64,000 nucleotides of DNA from contig CM119266.1 of NCBI GenBank assembly GCA_051294375.1, positions 25,185,868-25,249,867 of the forward strand, in the 5' to 3' direction. Below, in pieces: positions 36,201 to 50,582 of the stretch (the stretch's first letter is position 1; every line of letters starts with the position of its first letter). The notes under the pieces are model-generated. The model searched no databases. It was given only the letters and a program-made list of their open reading frames with translations, and had not been told where the DNA came from. A program made the translations under genes and the position numbers. The stretch is from Paraspadella gotoi (Eukaryota > Animalia > Chaetognatha).

Positions 36201-39200
36201 ACAACATTTTTATACTAATAAACATTTATGTAATAAAAAAATTTATAATAAATTTTACAATGTTAACGCAGTAGCCCATATTTATACTAGTACTAGATCC
36301 AATCAAATATTAAAAATTTCAAAACAGTTTTTTCTAAAATTTTTTTGCAAGGATTTGGATTCGTCATAAAAAGTTGATAAAAAAGAATATACTCTTTTTT
36401 GAAAAATCCTAATTAAGTGGTCAAAAATTTAGAAAAAAACTATATTTAAGCTTGAAAAATTAACTTTTTCTATATATTAAATGTAGTTTTAAAAATTTTT
36501 AACCCACTTAATGAAAGAATTTTAAAAATGATTTAATATTTTCTTTTATCAACTTTTGACGAGGAATTCAAATCGGCAATTCAAAAATAGAAAAGCATAT
36601 GGTTGAAAATTTTATTTTTTTTTTAATTATGTAAGCGATAGTACTAAATATATTAAAAATATAGCCTACTGCGAAAATTAAAACACTAAAATTAATGTTT
36701 TTACATATTAATATTTTACTGATGATGTGTTTTATAAATTGACATTTAGAATTTTACTATGCTAAACTTTCACTACGGCTTCATTGGAATCATACCTCAA
36801 ATATCCTTGTTTGTTCACCAATTAAAATTATGTTTCCCCAGCTGCTCCACTCTACTGCCTTATATTGAAAACGAATTCATAACAATTATTACCAATTTAT
36901 AAAAGATTAAAAAAGGAAAGAGCAAAAAGAATAATAAAATGATTAAAAAGCCGCAAACTGCCTAAACATTACGAGGTTTGATGCTGACATAAAATTTTGT
37001 TTAATGAATAATAAAAAAGAGAGAGAAATGGAGGTACGAGAAGAGAGAAAGAATCGATGCCAGAACTCGAGAGCTAAAATTTTTTCACGGACCATGATGA
37101 GGAGAATAATAATTTTAAAATTTTTCAGCTTCCATACAAATACAAATAATATTAAAAAAAGGCGATCTATAATTTGGATCGCAGGCAATGCCAACGACGA
37201 ACATTTATTGGCGGACCATCGATAAAATCGACCCAATGCGCGAACCCATCTTGTGACCGAAGAAAAACCTTGAATTTTTTTAGGTGAATTTTGCCGCCGT
37301 TTTGACTTCATAAATGGCGGCGTTCACACGCCTTCATAAAACCGATTTGTGATTATTGAAGCGTGACGCGTCCAGAGGCCGATTAGGATATTTGTGTTTG
37401 TCCGTATCAACGCCTATTAACAATATTTGTAATTTGCATCCTTAAAATATAATCCATTTTCCTAAAAGAAGTAACCAGCGTAAACCACTCCACCGAAGAG
37501 GTCTTAAAGCATGGTGGCCAATGCCCCGGAATGGCAGCATGCCCGGGTGGCAAATGCGCCCAACGAAGACCGTCTTTTGAGGATCAAGTCGCTTGCGACG
37601 GACAGCCTGTATAAAGTTTTGAATCGTTTCCAAAACCCACGGGATCACCTTCGTGAAAATCAATATTTGCAATTCGTTTCAGGAAAGAACTATCACAAAG
37701 AGCTAAAACTTTTTACAGATATAGTTATAAAAGAAAAATGGTTTATATTTACTTGCATTCACATATAATACCACACCGTCAAGCGCAAGAACAGGTTTTC
37801 AGACCGGAAAAACATCTTTTTTTGACTTACTCGACTTGAAAATAATGCAAGAAAAGAAAATAAAATACCCTGAAACTTCTTTGCCATCCGCATTCTTCGG
37901 GAAGACCATCTTGTAATGAATATTCCCCGCCGATTACTGTAATCAGTGAGCTGCACTGTTTTGAAGAATTCCTTGACGGACTTCTCGCAGTACGAAAAGA
38001 ATGTAGACGTATTCCCTTCGGTCCACCCAGCTATATAAGAAATCCGACAAAAGACAAAAAAATAATAAAAAAGCTACAATATAAAAGAACTTTTTATTCG
38101 CCATTTGAGCCCGCTCGTTTTAACTCACCTTCGCGGATACTTAGGATTGTTTCCCGTTCTTTTCCAGGCCATTCGATTCTAAATTCCCGTAAACATTTTG
38201 AAAGTGTTGAGCAAACGAGCTCCCGGTGCCATGTCCCAGCGAAAACTCCTCCAATGAACACTTTGCAACGAAATAAATCGGATTTCGGTATATCTTCGGC
38301 GGGAGGCTACCGCCTCCCCAAGTGCAGTGCTTTCGCAAGATGGCTTGCCTGCAGCGCTCCTGTAAAAGCCTGGCCGCGCTTCATCAAGTAAGGATTCATC
38401 AGGCAGATGTTCCCGAACAGTTCGTTCGGACTTTGCGGCCATTCTAGACCAGCCGCTGAGTGAACGTTGCGTCTCCAGAGAAGTGGATGAACCTAGGTCC
38501 CGAAGATTGGGAAAAAGCGTAAGACTTTGTGGAGACGCAGAATATTAGGCACGTAAAACCGCGGAGAAATGTGCCCGCCTAAAGGGCTAAGAGCCAGAAT
38601 GTGAGCCGTTCAAGCCGGCGCGTCCACCGCAATTGGTTCGGCAGAAAAAAACCAGCCGTAGAAGCTCGGAGAATAATGCTGGCCCGGAGCGGCTGCAAAT
38701 CCATATCTGCGAAACCGGCGCCTGCTGGCATTAAAGCGTCACGGCGACGGCGGCCATTTAAAACAGCTGCCCGGAACAGAGACGCGAGGTTGACTGGCGG
38801 TCGGCTGCGAGGAGAGATTGGCGCATAAATGGTCGCGGCCGCGCGCAGCTGAGGAATCGTTGCAAGGCGGTATTGCCTTTTAATAGGACGTTGGAATAAC
38901 GTCGTCCGCCTGCGTCAAGCCGTATCTGTGGCAGACACGCGCACTTGGTTTGAAACAGGACACGCCGGTATTTTCTGCAATTGCTTCTCAACAAAAATTA
39001 CCAGAGTATGTTTGCCCGACAAAATGCTCCCAAGTAATTCGGAAATGAACGCCGCGTAACGAGCAAAACTTCGCCGCTGCTCTCCAAAGCGCAGAGTCGT
39101 TGCGAGACGCGTGCGAGAGCTGCGGACGAAAGCTCCGCTTCGATTACCATGATCGTGGGTTGTCACGTAAGCCCTGACGCATTTCTCCAAGGCGTTGGCG

Positions 39201-42200
39201 GACATAATTCGTGGATTTTCTCTCTTCTCGTTTCTAGCAGATAAAGCGGCCGCAGATCGCGTGCATTCTTGGGCGCGTCTCTCATAATCCGTTACCGAAG
39301 AGCAGCTTCTTCTCCAATGGTGACGCGTCGGAAACCGAAGAGAAAACCTTCTTAAGGATCTCCAAAATAGACTGCTGACATTAAGATGACTTGCGAAGCA
39401 TCTGCGAAGGGAAAACCGGACGAAAGGGCCGCAGAATAAGGGAGCTGGAGCTGAGTGCCGGACGAGAATGAGGAGTCCCGACTTACCCAGGATTGAGGTT
39501 TAAACTCCCCATAGCGTTGCGGACGAAAACCTCCGAAAAAACGCCGGCTGACTGTAGACTCATTCCTCGACTTCGAATATCGCCGAAAAAAAAGACTCAT
39601 GCACGGTTTCCTGAGCGTCTTTCTTCTCGGCGATGCCAGCTAATATAAAGCAGGGGGAAGAAAAAGGGGGTAGATAATGAGAATTCTAATTGCCAGTTAA
39701 ATAAAAAAAAATTTTAAGGTTTAGACTTGATTATAATTCTAAAAATTGAAGTAAATTTTTCATTCATTTTCCATGATCACCTTGAATAGCGTACGGGATG
39801 AAAAAAACTCCGGTGTTCACCCCCGATCTGTTTTCGATGTCAAAATCCCGGCCGACTGGGATTCCCCAAGAGCCACTAGCAGTGCGCGACGCAGCCTGTT
39901 ACGCGCCAAAGGATGGCGTCGACCGAAACGGAAGATCGGCCTCCGGCGAAGAGACCGCGCAAGGGAAACCATCTAGAGGGGAGAGCATCGCGCGAAAAAT
40001 TGAGGACGGAAAAGCATCTCGCGTTTTCGGAGCCCAAAAGAGGGCGCCGACGCTTTTGACTCAGAGCCAGTTTTGTTGAGGCCATCCACCAAAGAAGATC
40101 CTGAACCGGACACAATAACGCGAAGAAGATCGAAAAATTGAATGATTTTTATTCAGGCATTATGAGTGAGAATGTGTAAGAATGGTGGCATCTACGTCGA
40201 AATACGAAGGCAAAGATAAAGGAGAATTAGGTCAATTAATTATAAAAATATACCTTCAGGTTTCAGTGTGGCAGTACTTTCAAAAGTTGGCGGGTGGATT
40301 TTCAACAAACAACTCGCGAATCTGTGAATTTCCGTGTAGCTGCGAGCGTTTGAAACTGAACCCTTTGTTGCTGTTGCTGCTCTTGATGACGCATTAAATT
40401 GAGCGCAAGCACGGCGGAAGCTATCGTGGACCCTCGTTCCGACTCCAGGTCACAGACAAATGGTCCTCCCAAATGGAGTCTGCTACGGAGATCGAATTCT
40501 AACCAAACAACGAAATTGCCGCAATGGTGGAGTCAAAAAACCAAGTCATTCATAAATACAATCATTACATATTACGATGCAATTAACATAATAGGAATAT
40601 CCGGTTAAGACGATTGCATCTCTTCGGTTAATTATGACAGTCAACTACTAAATGTTTACCGGGGAATAATTTCGCACCGCGCGATTCTAAAATTGAATTT
40701 GGCTTTCTGCGGCGACGATTCCGAGTTTAGGATCGAACGGAGAAGAAGTGCGTCGGCGGGGCTCCGTTCGGATATTGAAATAAGGACCAATTGACGTGAT
40801 TTAGTTAAATCCTTACAATCTCATAAGTATAAAATATTATATTATAAAATTCTAAAACAATTGAAAATTGAATATTTTTTCTACCTGACTCGCGGCGTGG
40901 GTGGACCTGCGTGAAACTCGAGTTTCGTTCCCGCCGCACTGAAGACGGGTCCCGGCCCAAAGGAAGGCCGACGGCACGTCAATCGATGTCAGCCTCGACG
41001 CTCGACGAGACCATCGAGGGTTGACTGGGATCGTGTGCACTCCCGTAGCGAACTGAGATTAATGAAAAAAAGTTTGAACCGTTGTGTCTCATAAACTAAA
41101 TGACACTGAACCTAAATTTTACCGACGGTAGGGGGCACCGACGGGCTGGCATTTCCAGCAAGCAAACCATCCACCATGTTGGAAATGCTTCTTCCATTGC
41201 TGTCGCGTGAAATATCGCCTGTTATTAATTATTGGTTACAAAAACCAATTCAGTATAAAAATGCAAGCTCGCTTGTATTGCCCTAAAAAAAAAACTAAAT
41301 AAAAGAAGAAAACGCCGAACGGCCGGCCGTATTCAATAATCTTCGAAAAAAAAGATTTATCTCAAAAAACATGAATTTTTGTCTCGAAAAGGAAAAAAAA
41401 TATGGCGAAGAAGAGGAGGAAGTAGAGGAAATGAAACAATTGTGGGATCGAAATGGAAGGGAGGATCTTGTAACTCTCAACAGTCAAACAACCCAATACA
41501 GAGTCCAAAAGTCTCAAAAACTCAAACTAAGCCTATTTCGTCTCGGCAGGAAAACGGAGTCTCCTCTAATCCTGTTGCGCTTTCCTTCTCTGTGTACCCC
41601 TTTAAATTATAAAGTTTTTTTTTTAATTTTAATAGTATTTATACGGAAAAGCGGTTGTCTCGGTGTTCAAATTTTGCTGCTCGCCATTTATAGCTAGTCC
41701 GTTTTCTCTTTAGGAAATTCGATAGAAGCAAATAACAAATATTTAATTGTAAATTGTTTATTTCGACATGTAAATAGCTTTTTTGAGTTTGCGATGCGAG
41801 ACAAGTTTCTTTTTGAAATATTCTGTTTCAGCCCTTGTTCGTGTGGATTCGTCAGGATTAAAGCCCTCGCAACACAATGAGCGAATTGGTTCCCGACGGA
41901 CGTAATAGAATTTTAACGTAGTACTTGGGTTAAAGAGGGAGAGAAAAGAAAGAGGCTAGCGATAAACAGTAGCAAAAACAGATTATTGAGATCAGGTCAA
42001 AGCAAGAATTAAATGACTCGGGTACTTCATCCGGGATATACAGTTGTAACAATGTTACACTTTTAAGTTATTGTTCCCAATTACTTAAAAACTAAGCTCA
42101 AACTAAAGCACAGAGGAGGTCTTTTAGAAAACGACCGTTTCATGCCTCAAAGTCGTCTTGGTATCATATATACAAGAATATAACGATACTGCGCATAGGA

Positions 42201-45200
42201 ACTGCAGACACAACCGCTTCCGACGGTCCATTTTATTCACAGAGAACTGCTAAAAACCGGTGTTATGCCATCGTGACCCATGCAAATATAAACGTTTGTA
42301 CCCAAATCGCCTCCGAATAAAATTTCTTGAACCGAAAAAGTTAATTTTCAGCGGGAAAACTAATGGTGCCCCTCACTCGGGGCAAAGAGGCATCCCCCTT
42401 CAAGTTCCCTAATTCATCCTGTAACTCACCCATACTCCGCCAGCTTTCTGTTTTTCCCCTCTCCCGGTTTTCCTTCATTATAAATCTCTATCCTTGATAA
42501 AAATGAGTGAGGATATAATCGCATGCGGATTCTGCTCAGATGGTTGTAATTTGTCTATTCTCTCTACTCTAAAGTTCGAGTTTTCGAGTTTGAGAAATTG
42601 TTTGGAAATTAGGTACGCTATACAAATGATCTGATTTAATGAGATTAATATTAATAAATATACGTATATATGTAATATGTCAATAATCTTTTTTGTTTCG
42701 ATTGTCTTTGTCTCTTTTTGAAATTGGTTACATGGTACATTGGTTAACATACATGTGTCATTGAATTGCCAATAATATTGCGCATTTAATTTAATCATGT
42801 TTGACCCGACGCCACAAATTAGAAGGTTAGAAAATATAAAAATAAAAAAATCGGTAATAAATGAAGACGTAGATGCATAGCAGGCATTAACATTACAGAT
42901 TACACAACATTAGCAGCTTCTGATTTTTTTAAAAATATCCTTATTTGTATTTTAAAACTACGATAACACGACACCGATATCCATTGCCTCAAAACACAAA
43001 CTAACTTGTATGCGAAGAGCGACGTACCTCTCCATCATCCCGGTAACCATCACTTTGTCCGCGACGCGTCGTCAGCCATTGCATCCTGTTACGCCAAACC
43101 GCCGTCGTCCGGACAGCGGAAGGAATCCAAGCTGTTTTCGCACCCTTACGACGGGAAGCCCCTAATGCCTTTTTAAATGGCCCCCGCGCGATGATGAAGA
43201 TACCGTTTGTGGGCCCTTGCGCACCGAAATTCTTGGCCGAGAGCGTCGTTGGGGAAACCCGACCATGGGCCCCGGGGGTAAACAGTGAATTAGAGAATAG
43301 CCCCGACGCGTAGAATTCGTTGTTAAGTTTTACCCAAAAGGCAGTTTACAAAAAACAGAAAGCGTTAAATGAGAATTACTGTACATTATATGCAATTATC
43401 GAAGTTTTACATCAATGATTTGAGTTTGCGTGCAAGCGTTGGGATTTTAATATCTTTTGTTAACTTTATTTCCCTAGCTTTTTAACGCTCAACCACCCCA
43501 ATTACCTCTCCCTCATCCCTCCTCCAGTGTATCTCCCCTCCTTTTCTTCTCCCCTCCCTCGTGCGGCGATAGCAATCACAAACAGCTCAAGGCAAACGCT
43601 GTTCGCAGAGTTGCCTTCGTCTCGCAGGATCGAAGCAGGCCACTTTTTTTTTCTCTCCGGGGCCTGATTTTTGATTAGCCTTAGCTTATTCGTCGTCAAC
43701 CCGTGCAATTTGCACACCTCCCTCTATACGCCCCCTCCCTACCTCCCCCCTTCCCGCGCGGCCATAGCGCTTCTTGTTCATCTTCCGGCTCGGCGGATTC
43801 CTCTCCACGCGTCTCTCTACTGTTTCTTCGAAATTTCGTTAACTCGGGGCGTCGAATTGCCCCTCCTCTCTCTTCTCTCTCTCTCTCTCTCTCTCTGTTT
43901 CTCTCTCTCTGCTCTTCTCTTTTTGTCTTCTACCCTTTCCTTACACCTCGTCCACGGTTTTCCTAATTCACCCGGTGAAAAAAAATATAAAAACCCATTT
44001 TTAAAAATACGTTACAAATTTAATTAAACCTACCCTCCCTAATTATCTTTTTCTCTCGGCTCCTTAAACTTGGTCACCTTTATTTTCTTTCCTCTCGTCT
44101 TTCTCTCCACACGTTAAGGCTATTATCATATTACTTTCTTTCCTTTCTCACCCTCCTTCTCTCATCTCTTCTCCTCCCTTTTCTTCCTCCTGTTTCTCTC
44201 TCGCCTCAGGGTCCTTCTTTAATATAATATATTGACGCTTCGGGGAGAGAAAAAACGAAAAAAGTGCATAATTAATTAGCAATCCGGAACTTTTCGACTT
44301 CACGTTCAATGAGTTCCATCGCGGATTTGATGGAATTCCCTGCTCTCCCCCGAGAGGGCGTGGGTGATAGAGAGAATCGACCTTCCACGCGTCTCGAGGA
44401 TAAAAGAGACTGCTTACTTAGCCGTCGCGACTCACGCGCGACGTGACGTCGTCCTTTTTTTCTGTAATATTAGGATGAAACTGGTAAGAATTAATTCACG
44501 ATGATTGTTAACGAAAAATCAGATACAAATAAACGTTCCCTTTAATTTTAAGAGTAAATGTATTTAATTCGAAATCAGAAAGTTCATTTGGTTTTGACGT
44601 CATAAAAATTCCGCTTTAGTTTATCGAACTTAGGTTTTTTTATTTTACCACTCAACCTTAGCAGTAAGCAACCTTTTCCCCCCCCCTCAACTTGCTAAAA
44701 CTTTTCGTCCCTCAACATTCACAGGCAAAAAAAAAAATCGTGGAAATATTTTGGTTTTCGTTTTAAATTTTTTTGTTTTTGGTCGTCATCAATCGTTGGT
44801 GTAGCCCTTTAGTCGGCGGCAAATTCGGCGCTCCGCCTGACCCCATCAACGCCTCCCGGGGCGAAGCTCTTGACCTTCGTATCCTTCCTAGATCGTATTC
44901 TTTCCCTGATCCTCTTTTTCCTTCTTCCTCGATCTACTCGCTTCCCCCTTTCCCCCCCTATCTCTCACCCCCGACGGTTTCGCATCCCTCCAAACGACAC
45001 ACTCGAATCCCCCAAGCTTTCGCCCCGACCCCTCATCAAAGGATCATCACCTCTCCGCCTCACACGAAAAAAAATCGCCGTCGAGCTGCTGCCTTGTCGC
45101 CGTTCGTCTAGGCTTTCTTCCCGTCCTTAAAGTAATTGCTTTCCCCCCACGTCGATTGCTTCTCCCGTCCTGAGTTTTGTGTTCTCCTTCACCACATCAT

Positions 45201-46990
45201 GCTTGCTTCTCTGCTTTGAGCTTCGCTTGCCTTAATATCCTATTGCTCTCTTTCCGTCGACGAGCCTTCGCTTATCCCCGTTTTTCCGCTTCCTTCCCCT
45301 CCTAATTGCTTCTTCCCCTACATTCTTCAATATCTTTCTTACATTCGCTGCTCTCGCATGCATCCCATTGCTTCGCTTCCGCACTCTTTTGCTCTTCCCT
45401 CGCCACATCCAATGCTTTCATCCGCACTCTTTTGCTTTCCCCATGCTTTTCCTTCCTGTCCAGTTATTTCTCCCCCATTATCCGCCCCTAATTTTTTTTA
45501 AAAAAAGAAAAAATACTTTTTGTCACTTGAGCAGCAACTTGTGCCATTCTGCGCCAGAATTACTTCAAGAGATTGAAGACTTAATGGTTTCAAATCCACA
45601 TGCGTTTCAGCGATTGCTTTAAAGTTTAAAAGACACCCAGGTTAAGTCTTTTCAGAATCACCGTTTATTGTGAATAAAATTTATAAAGAAGGATAAATTG
45701 TTTTATATTGTCAGTTATTTTTAATAATACTATTGTTTAGAATTTCACAATCGCAATTAATAGACACAAAATCAAGTCAGGAAATGTATGTCTTCCTCTT
45801 TAAAAAATATATTAATTTAAATGATAAAGTAATAAAAAAAAAAAACAAGCGAGGCTTAATTTACCCAACCTCTATCGCGCGCATTAATGAATCCTATCTC
45901 CTACAATTTTTCACGTCGATTCCATTGAACCTGTCATCTCGTGGCCCACCGTCACTTCCTCCTTCGCCTCCAACCCGCCCTCCACGTGGAGTCCCGGACG
46001 ATTGAGACGCGCGCCATCTTCTCGGGTCGCGTTGATGGTTCCATTCTCCGCCCACTCGGGTTTTTTCCTCGCTTCCATCGGCTCCCTCTTAGTCCTTTGG
46101 TCTTGAACTAACGAGAGTTAGATTCGATTTTAAATGATTTTCACCTTCGAATCTCCAAACTTAACTGGAGGAAAAACTCAGTCACGACGAGTTTCGGTTG
46201 CTTTTTTTTTTTAGTTTTTTTCTGTTCAAGATAAAGAGATTGGTTAGTGTCGCGAACTCACATTTCGGACATTTTCAATTTTTAGTAGTTTTCTCTCGTT
46301 AACCAAAAAATGTACGTAAAAGCAAATGGGAGAATTTCTAGGCTTAGGAACTACAGAGTTATTTAACCTTACACGATTCTGTCTTAGAAATAACGATATA
46401 AACCGTGAACAACCCACCTGTCTATGCGTCCTAGACGTGTTCAGTTATCACCGCACCGCCGAAAATTTCATTTTTTTTTGTGAAAAAAAAAACGGAAAGC
46501 TTTTAAATTGCGGTGGTTGTTAAAATTTTTTGGGGCGTGCTATACTCTTTTAATTACAATATAGGCAGATATCGGCCATTGCAATTATTTTATAATATTT
46601 CAATTAATCATTTTTCTTTAATTCTTACCTGGGTTTTTAAAAGTTTGAAAAATGAATTACTTGCTTATTGGTGTACAAAATTGGCTAAAGGTTTTAAAAA
46701 ATTAATTGCAAGTATATATATGATGTTTAATTTATCTTGCAAAATATTTAATTCTTTCTATTGATTATTGTTTTTGATTATATCTATAGATAATCAAGAT
46801 AAACTTTTTTATTTTAAGCGCTATTGGAATAAACATTATGTAAAACATTAATGCAAATTCGTATTTTAAAACACTCCGAGATTACTTCTATTATATGGCA
46901 AGCGCACTTTTAGGCCTTTTCGGAATACGATTTCCACGTTCTGTTTCTTTAATATCGTTATTCTTGTCATCTCTTCAAACTGGCACTAAA
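33266..46990 (-). repeat. Error-rich direct copy of ~9161-21475, containing a third, heavily frameshifted CPEB1 copy (~33675-41197); probably an uncorrected long read or second haplotype
   Basis: Starts immediately after a 25-N gap and is colinear with copy 1. Dense insertion-biased 1-nt errors occur equally in exons and introns. Confidence 0.9.
36144..36781. mobile_element. ~640-bp fold-back MITE, absent from copy 1
   Basis: Termini AAGCCGTAGTTAAA / TTTCACTACGGCTT. Internal inverted arms, e.g. GTCATAAAAAGTTGATAAAAAAGAATAT vs ATATTTTCTTTTATCAACTTTTGAC. Empty site at ~11825-11835. Confidence 0.8.
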
Positions 46991-49622
46991 CGCATATTAT
47001 GTATTATAACATATATTTAATTATTCGTACTTTACTTTTTACAATCGCAACAATTTATTTATAAATAATTCAATGAAGGGGACGGTCTTGTAAGTATGTT
47101 GTTTCCCAATCTGCGAATAGGGAGATCTATAAATCCAGCGTTAGTTACGTTTCTGTCTATTTTTAATAATATCACAATATTGTTTTAAATTTATCTATTA
47201 TTTATTTTGTGAGTAAAATCCATAATATCGTTATAACAGCTTCAACAGAAAATTATAGTGAACAATGTTAATCTTTCAGCAAATATAGTGATTGTAAAGA
47301 TATTACGACTCAATTTGGAAAAATATTTTCGATCATTCTTCTTAAAGGACGACTACAATTTTAGCAGATATTTAATGTAATCAAACAAGACTCTTCTCAG
47401 CGAACTTTCATCCGAAATTTGCTTAGCAAATCAATTCCGTTTTTGGTTTTCGCAACTGGGAATTGTCTCGTCTTTTAATACGTTTCTTTAATCCTCTGTA
47501 TTAACTCGTATCAAACAATTCATCTACTCCGCGCAATACCGAAATTTAAATTAAAAATTATAATAATTATATTTTTTAAATGTAAGAATTATCTGGGTGG
47601 TGGAGGTACATGTATTACTATAACAAGTATTGGACAAAGATTTTTCCTGGCGAACAATTTCTATGAATCTACTAGTCGCTTACAGTTCGGAACGCATGAG
47701 AAAATGAATACATTTTTAAAAGATCATAATAAATAATAAATGTTTTACAATGTTATTATCGAAATTCTGATAGATTTTTTTAATGAATTTGTAAAAGTTG
47801 AATTTTATACAAAAATGAACTAATCGGTTTGTCTCATCTTTATACATATTTACTTACTTATATAATCATTTTACATGACAAAGACTTTATAAAATTTGTA
47901 ATCACATCCATAAGTCGTTTTCGCTTGACTCAAGGTTAATTAGCGAATATGAATCAATTTATTTACAAATCAATACGCTAACACATTCATTGTATTACCT
48001 TGACAGACAAAGACTAATCAAATTTTAATAAAAAATAGAAAGTCATAATTTTATGTTAATTAATATTTCTTCTTATAATGTAAGCAATAGGTTAGGAGAC
48101 GCATCCGGTAGGTAGTAGATATAAACAAGTTTGAATAGATTTACTAGATCATTTATTTGCGTAAATGGTTCCAAGGCTATAAACGAAACAATAACGGAAA
48201 AATGGTTCGGCGATGAAAATCCGGATATCATACTTAAGGAAACTAATCTCTCGAATTTACGAGTGAAACGCAAAACGAACGATAATATAGGAGTTATATA
48301 TATAGGAGTTTTTCATCCCTAATGGACTCGATTCTAAATCATAGTTTTTGTGACTGCTGTCACTTCTAAAGGTACCATGATTCTCTTCACGCTTGGCAGA
48401 CGGCGAACCAGCCTGCGTCCATCGCCCTCGGGAATCTCATAAACGATTATGCACCGTAATTCTTCATAGGCCGATGATCTGTCGCCCTGCCAGCTGCGAA
48501 CGTCGCCGGCTTTAGACGAAGGTGCACGCCGGTTGCCGTTGAGCGTCGCGCTAGCGCAAGTCGCGGTGCTCAGCATGCCCAGCCCGCCGTTGCGAACGTT
48601 AGTCTCGGCCGCCATTTAAATTAATCATGGTCGACCGAACGCGAGAATAGAAGGTAGTAAATAATAAAAAAGAAATCGCGGTGTATAAAATGAACGAGTA
48701 ACATGCATAGCATAGCAATACAGATACACAACATTAGCAGCTTTGATTTGCCCCTAGAAGTTGTTTTTCCCTTCATACGCCCACCCTCTCTTTCTCCTCA
48801 CTCAAAAACGATATTCAACAAAAACAATTTATTTTTTCTAGTTTTTTTTTTTTTCTCGGATGGCGAGCAAAAATATTCCAAATATCTCACCATCATCGCA
48901 TACAAGATGCATCGTTTGACTTTCTACTTTCTACAAAACCATTCATGCGAAGAGCTCGTAGACCACAGGGGGTTTCTCTTGGTCAATGGTAAAAATGCCA
49001 GCCACAGTTTACAAAAGAACAAAAAAAAGCTCTCACACTCTGACACACAATGCGGTAGAATTGTACAAATAAAAGAAACATTAGAAAGTTAAAACGATAA
49101 AAAGATATAGATAAAGATAACAACAATAAAAACGAAACATAAAAAAATAAAGTAGAACAATAAAGTTAACAAAAACGAACAAACTTAGCTCAAATTTACG
49201 TATTACAGGTTGAATGTTAAATTTGTCTGCAAACCTTTATTGAAAATATCAATTCATTTAAATTTGGTTGTAATTTAATTTAACAAGAGTATATTTAACA
49301 TTATATTATCTCAATCTTTTACACGTCCCCACTTTTTTCATATTCTTCCCCGCTCTCTCCATAACTCTAACCATGGCCCCCAGCGTCCGGGCGGTTTTCG
49401 CGACGACAGATCATTTACGGCGGGCGCGCGGGGGGTGATCACGCCCAGTTCAGGTTGCTCACTCGAGCTGAGCGCGGCGGGGACGATGACGAGAACGCGA
49501 GTCTCTCTCTCTCTCTCTCTCTCCTCTCTCTCCTCTCTCTCCTCTCTCTCTCTCTTCTCTCTCTTTCTCTCTCTCTTCTTTTCTTTTCGATTAATCCATT
49601 ATCGATGGAGCCCTCTACCTCA

Positions 49623-49664
<42 letters not shown>

Positions 49665-50225
49665 CTCTCATCTCTCTCCTTCTATTTCTCTCTCTGTATC
49701 CTCGTCTTCTTCATAAAAAAAAAACAATAAAGGGAGACAAGAGGCTTTTTTTAGTCGCCGCGCCCATTATGTATTGTTCGGCGTGCCGCCTTCCGGGGCC
49801 GAAGACTCTTGAGCGTCTTCCTCGCACGTCAAGTCTCAGCGTGCGTTCGTTTTTGGAGACACGGTGTGCCGTGCGAGAGATTGAAATATTTTCTTTCACG
49901 GTGTGCAGCGCGAGCTATCCTACAAAAATTTGCAGTGATTCGACGCTAAACGTGGAATCGTTGGTCATTCAGCCATGTGGATGTGGTTGTGCGAGCGCGA
50001 TGGTATCTTTGGCAGACAGTTAGTGAGATCTTATTTCTTTTAAGCACTTTGTGGAAGGCGTAAGTCACAGTCTGCGCAGTGTGGGTCCTCTGCATGTTCG
50101 CATATCTCGCAGGCTTCGAGAAGAAACGATAGGGGGACGAGCCCGGAAGTGGGTCATGTTGAGTCATCTTGAGGCGAGGATATGAATCTCAATGTAAAAC
50201 AAAGTAAAGCAAAACCTAGCTCGTT

Positions 50226-50496
50226 AAATTTCTTTTTTTTATTACGTATTATTATCATTTCCTTTTTATTCTAATTTATTTTAAACATAGGATGATAGGC
50301 GGAGTATTGGATCATGTCGCAGAGCAGAAAAGCTTAAATTTGTACAGTTTATCCTTAAGATGGAGTCTCCTTCTTAAAAATCCCCGGGACGTCGTTTCCA
50401 TGTCGTACGTCGTTCAGGTACAATCACGAGAAGGGGAGAATTTATGGCAAGTGTAAAGTTTTCTACGAAATTTCGCTCACAGGTAGGAGAGAGAGG

Positions 50497-50582
<86 letters not shown>

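Noticed and set aside
21589-46990. CPEB1 triplication or pseudogene family
   Set aside because: The extra copies abut 25-N gaps and differ by dense 1-nt indels spread evenly over exons and introns. That pattern fits uncorrected long reads or haplotigs better than evolutionary decay.
49769-50023. ORF ending VIQPCGC, reminiscent of a TGF-beta C-terminus
   Set aside because: Cystine-knot spacing (CxGxC, CC) is absent and sequence quality is poor.
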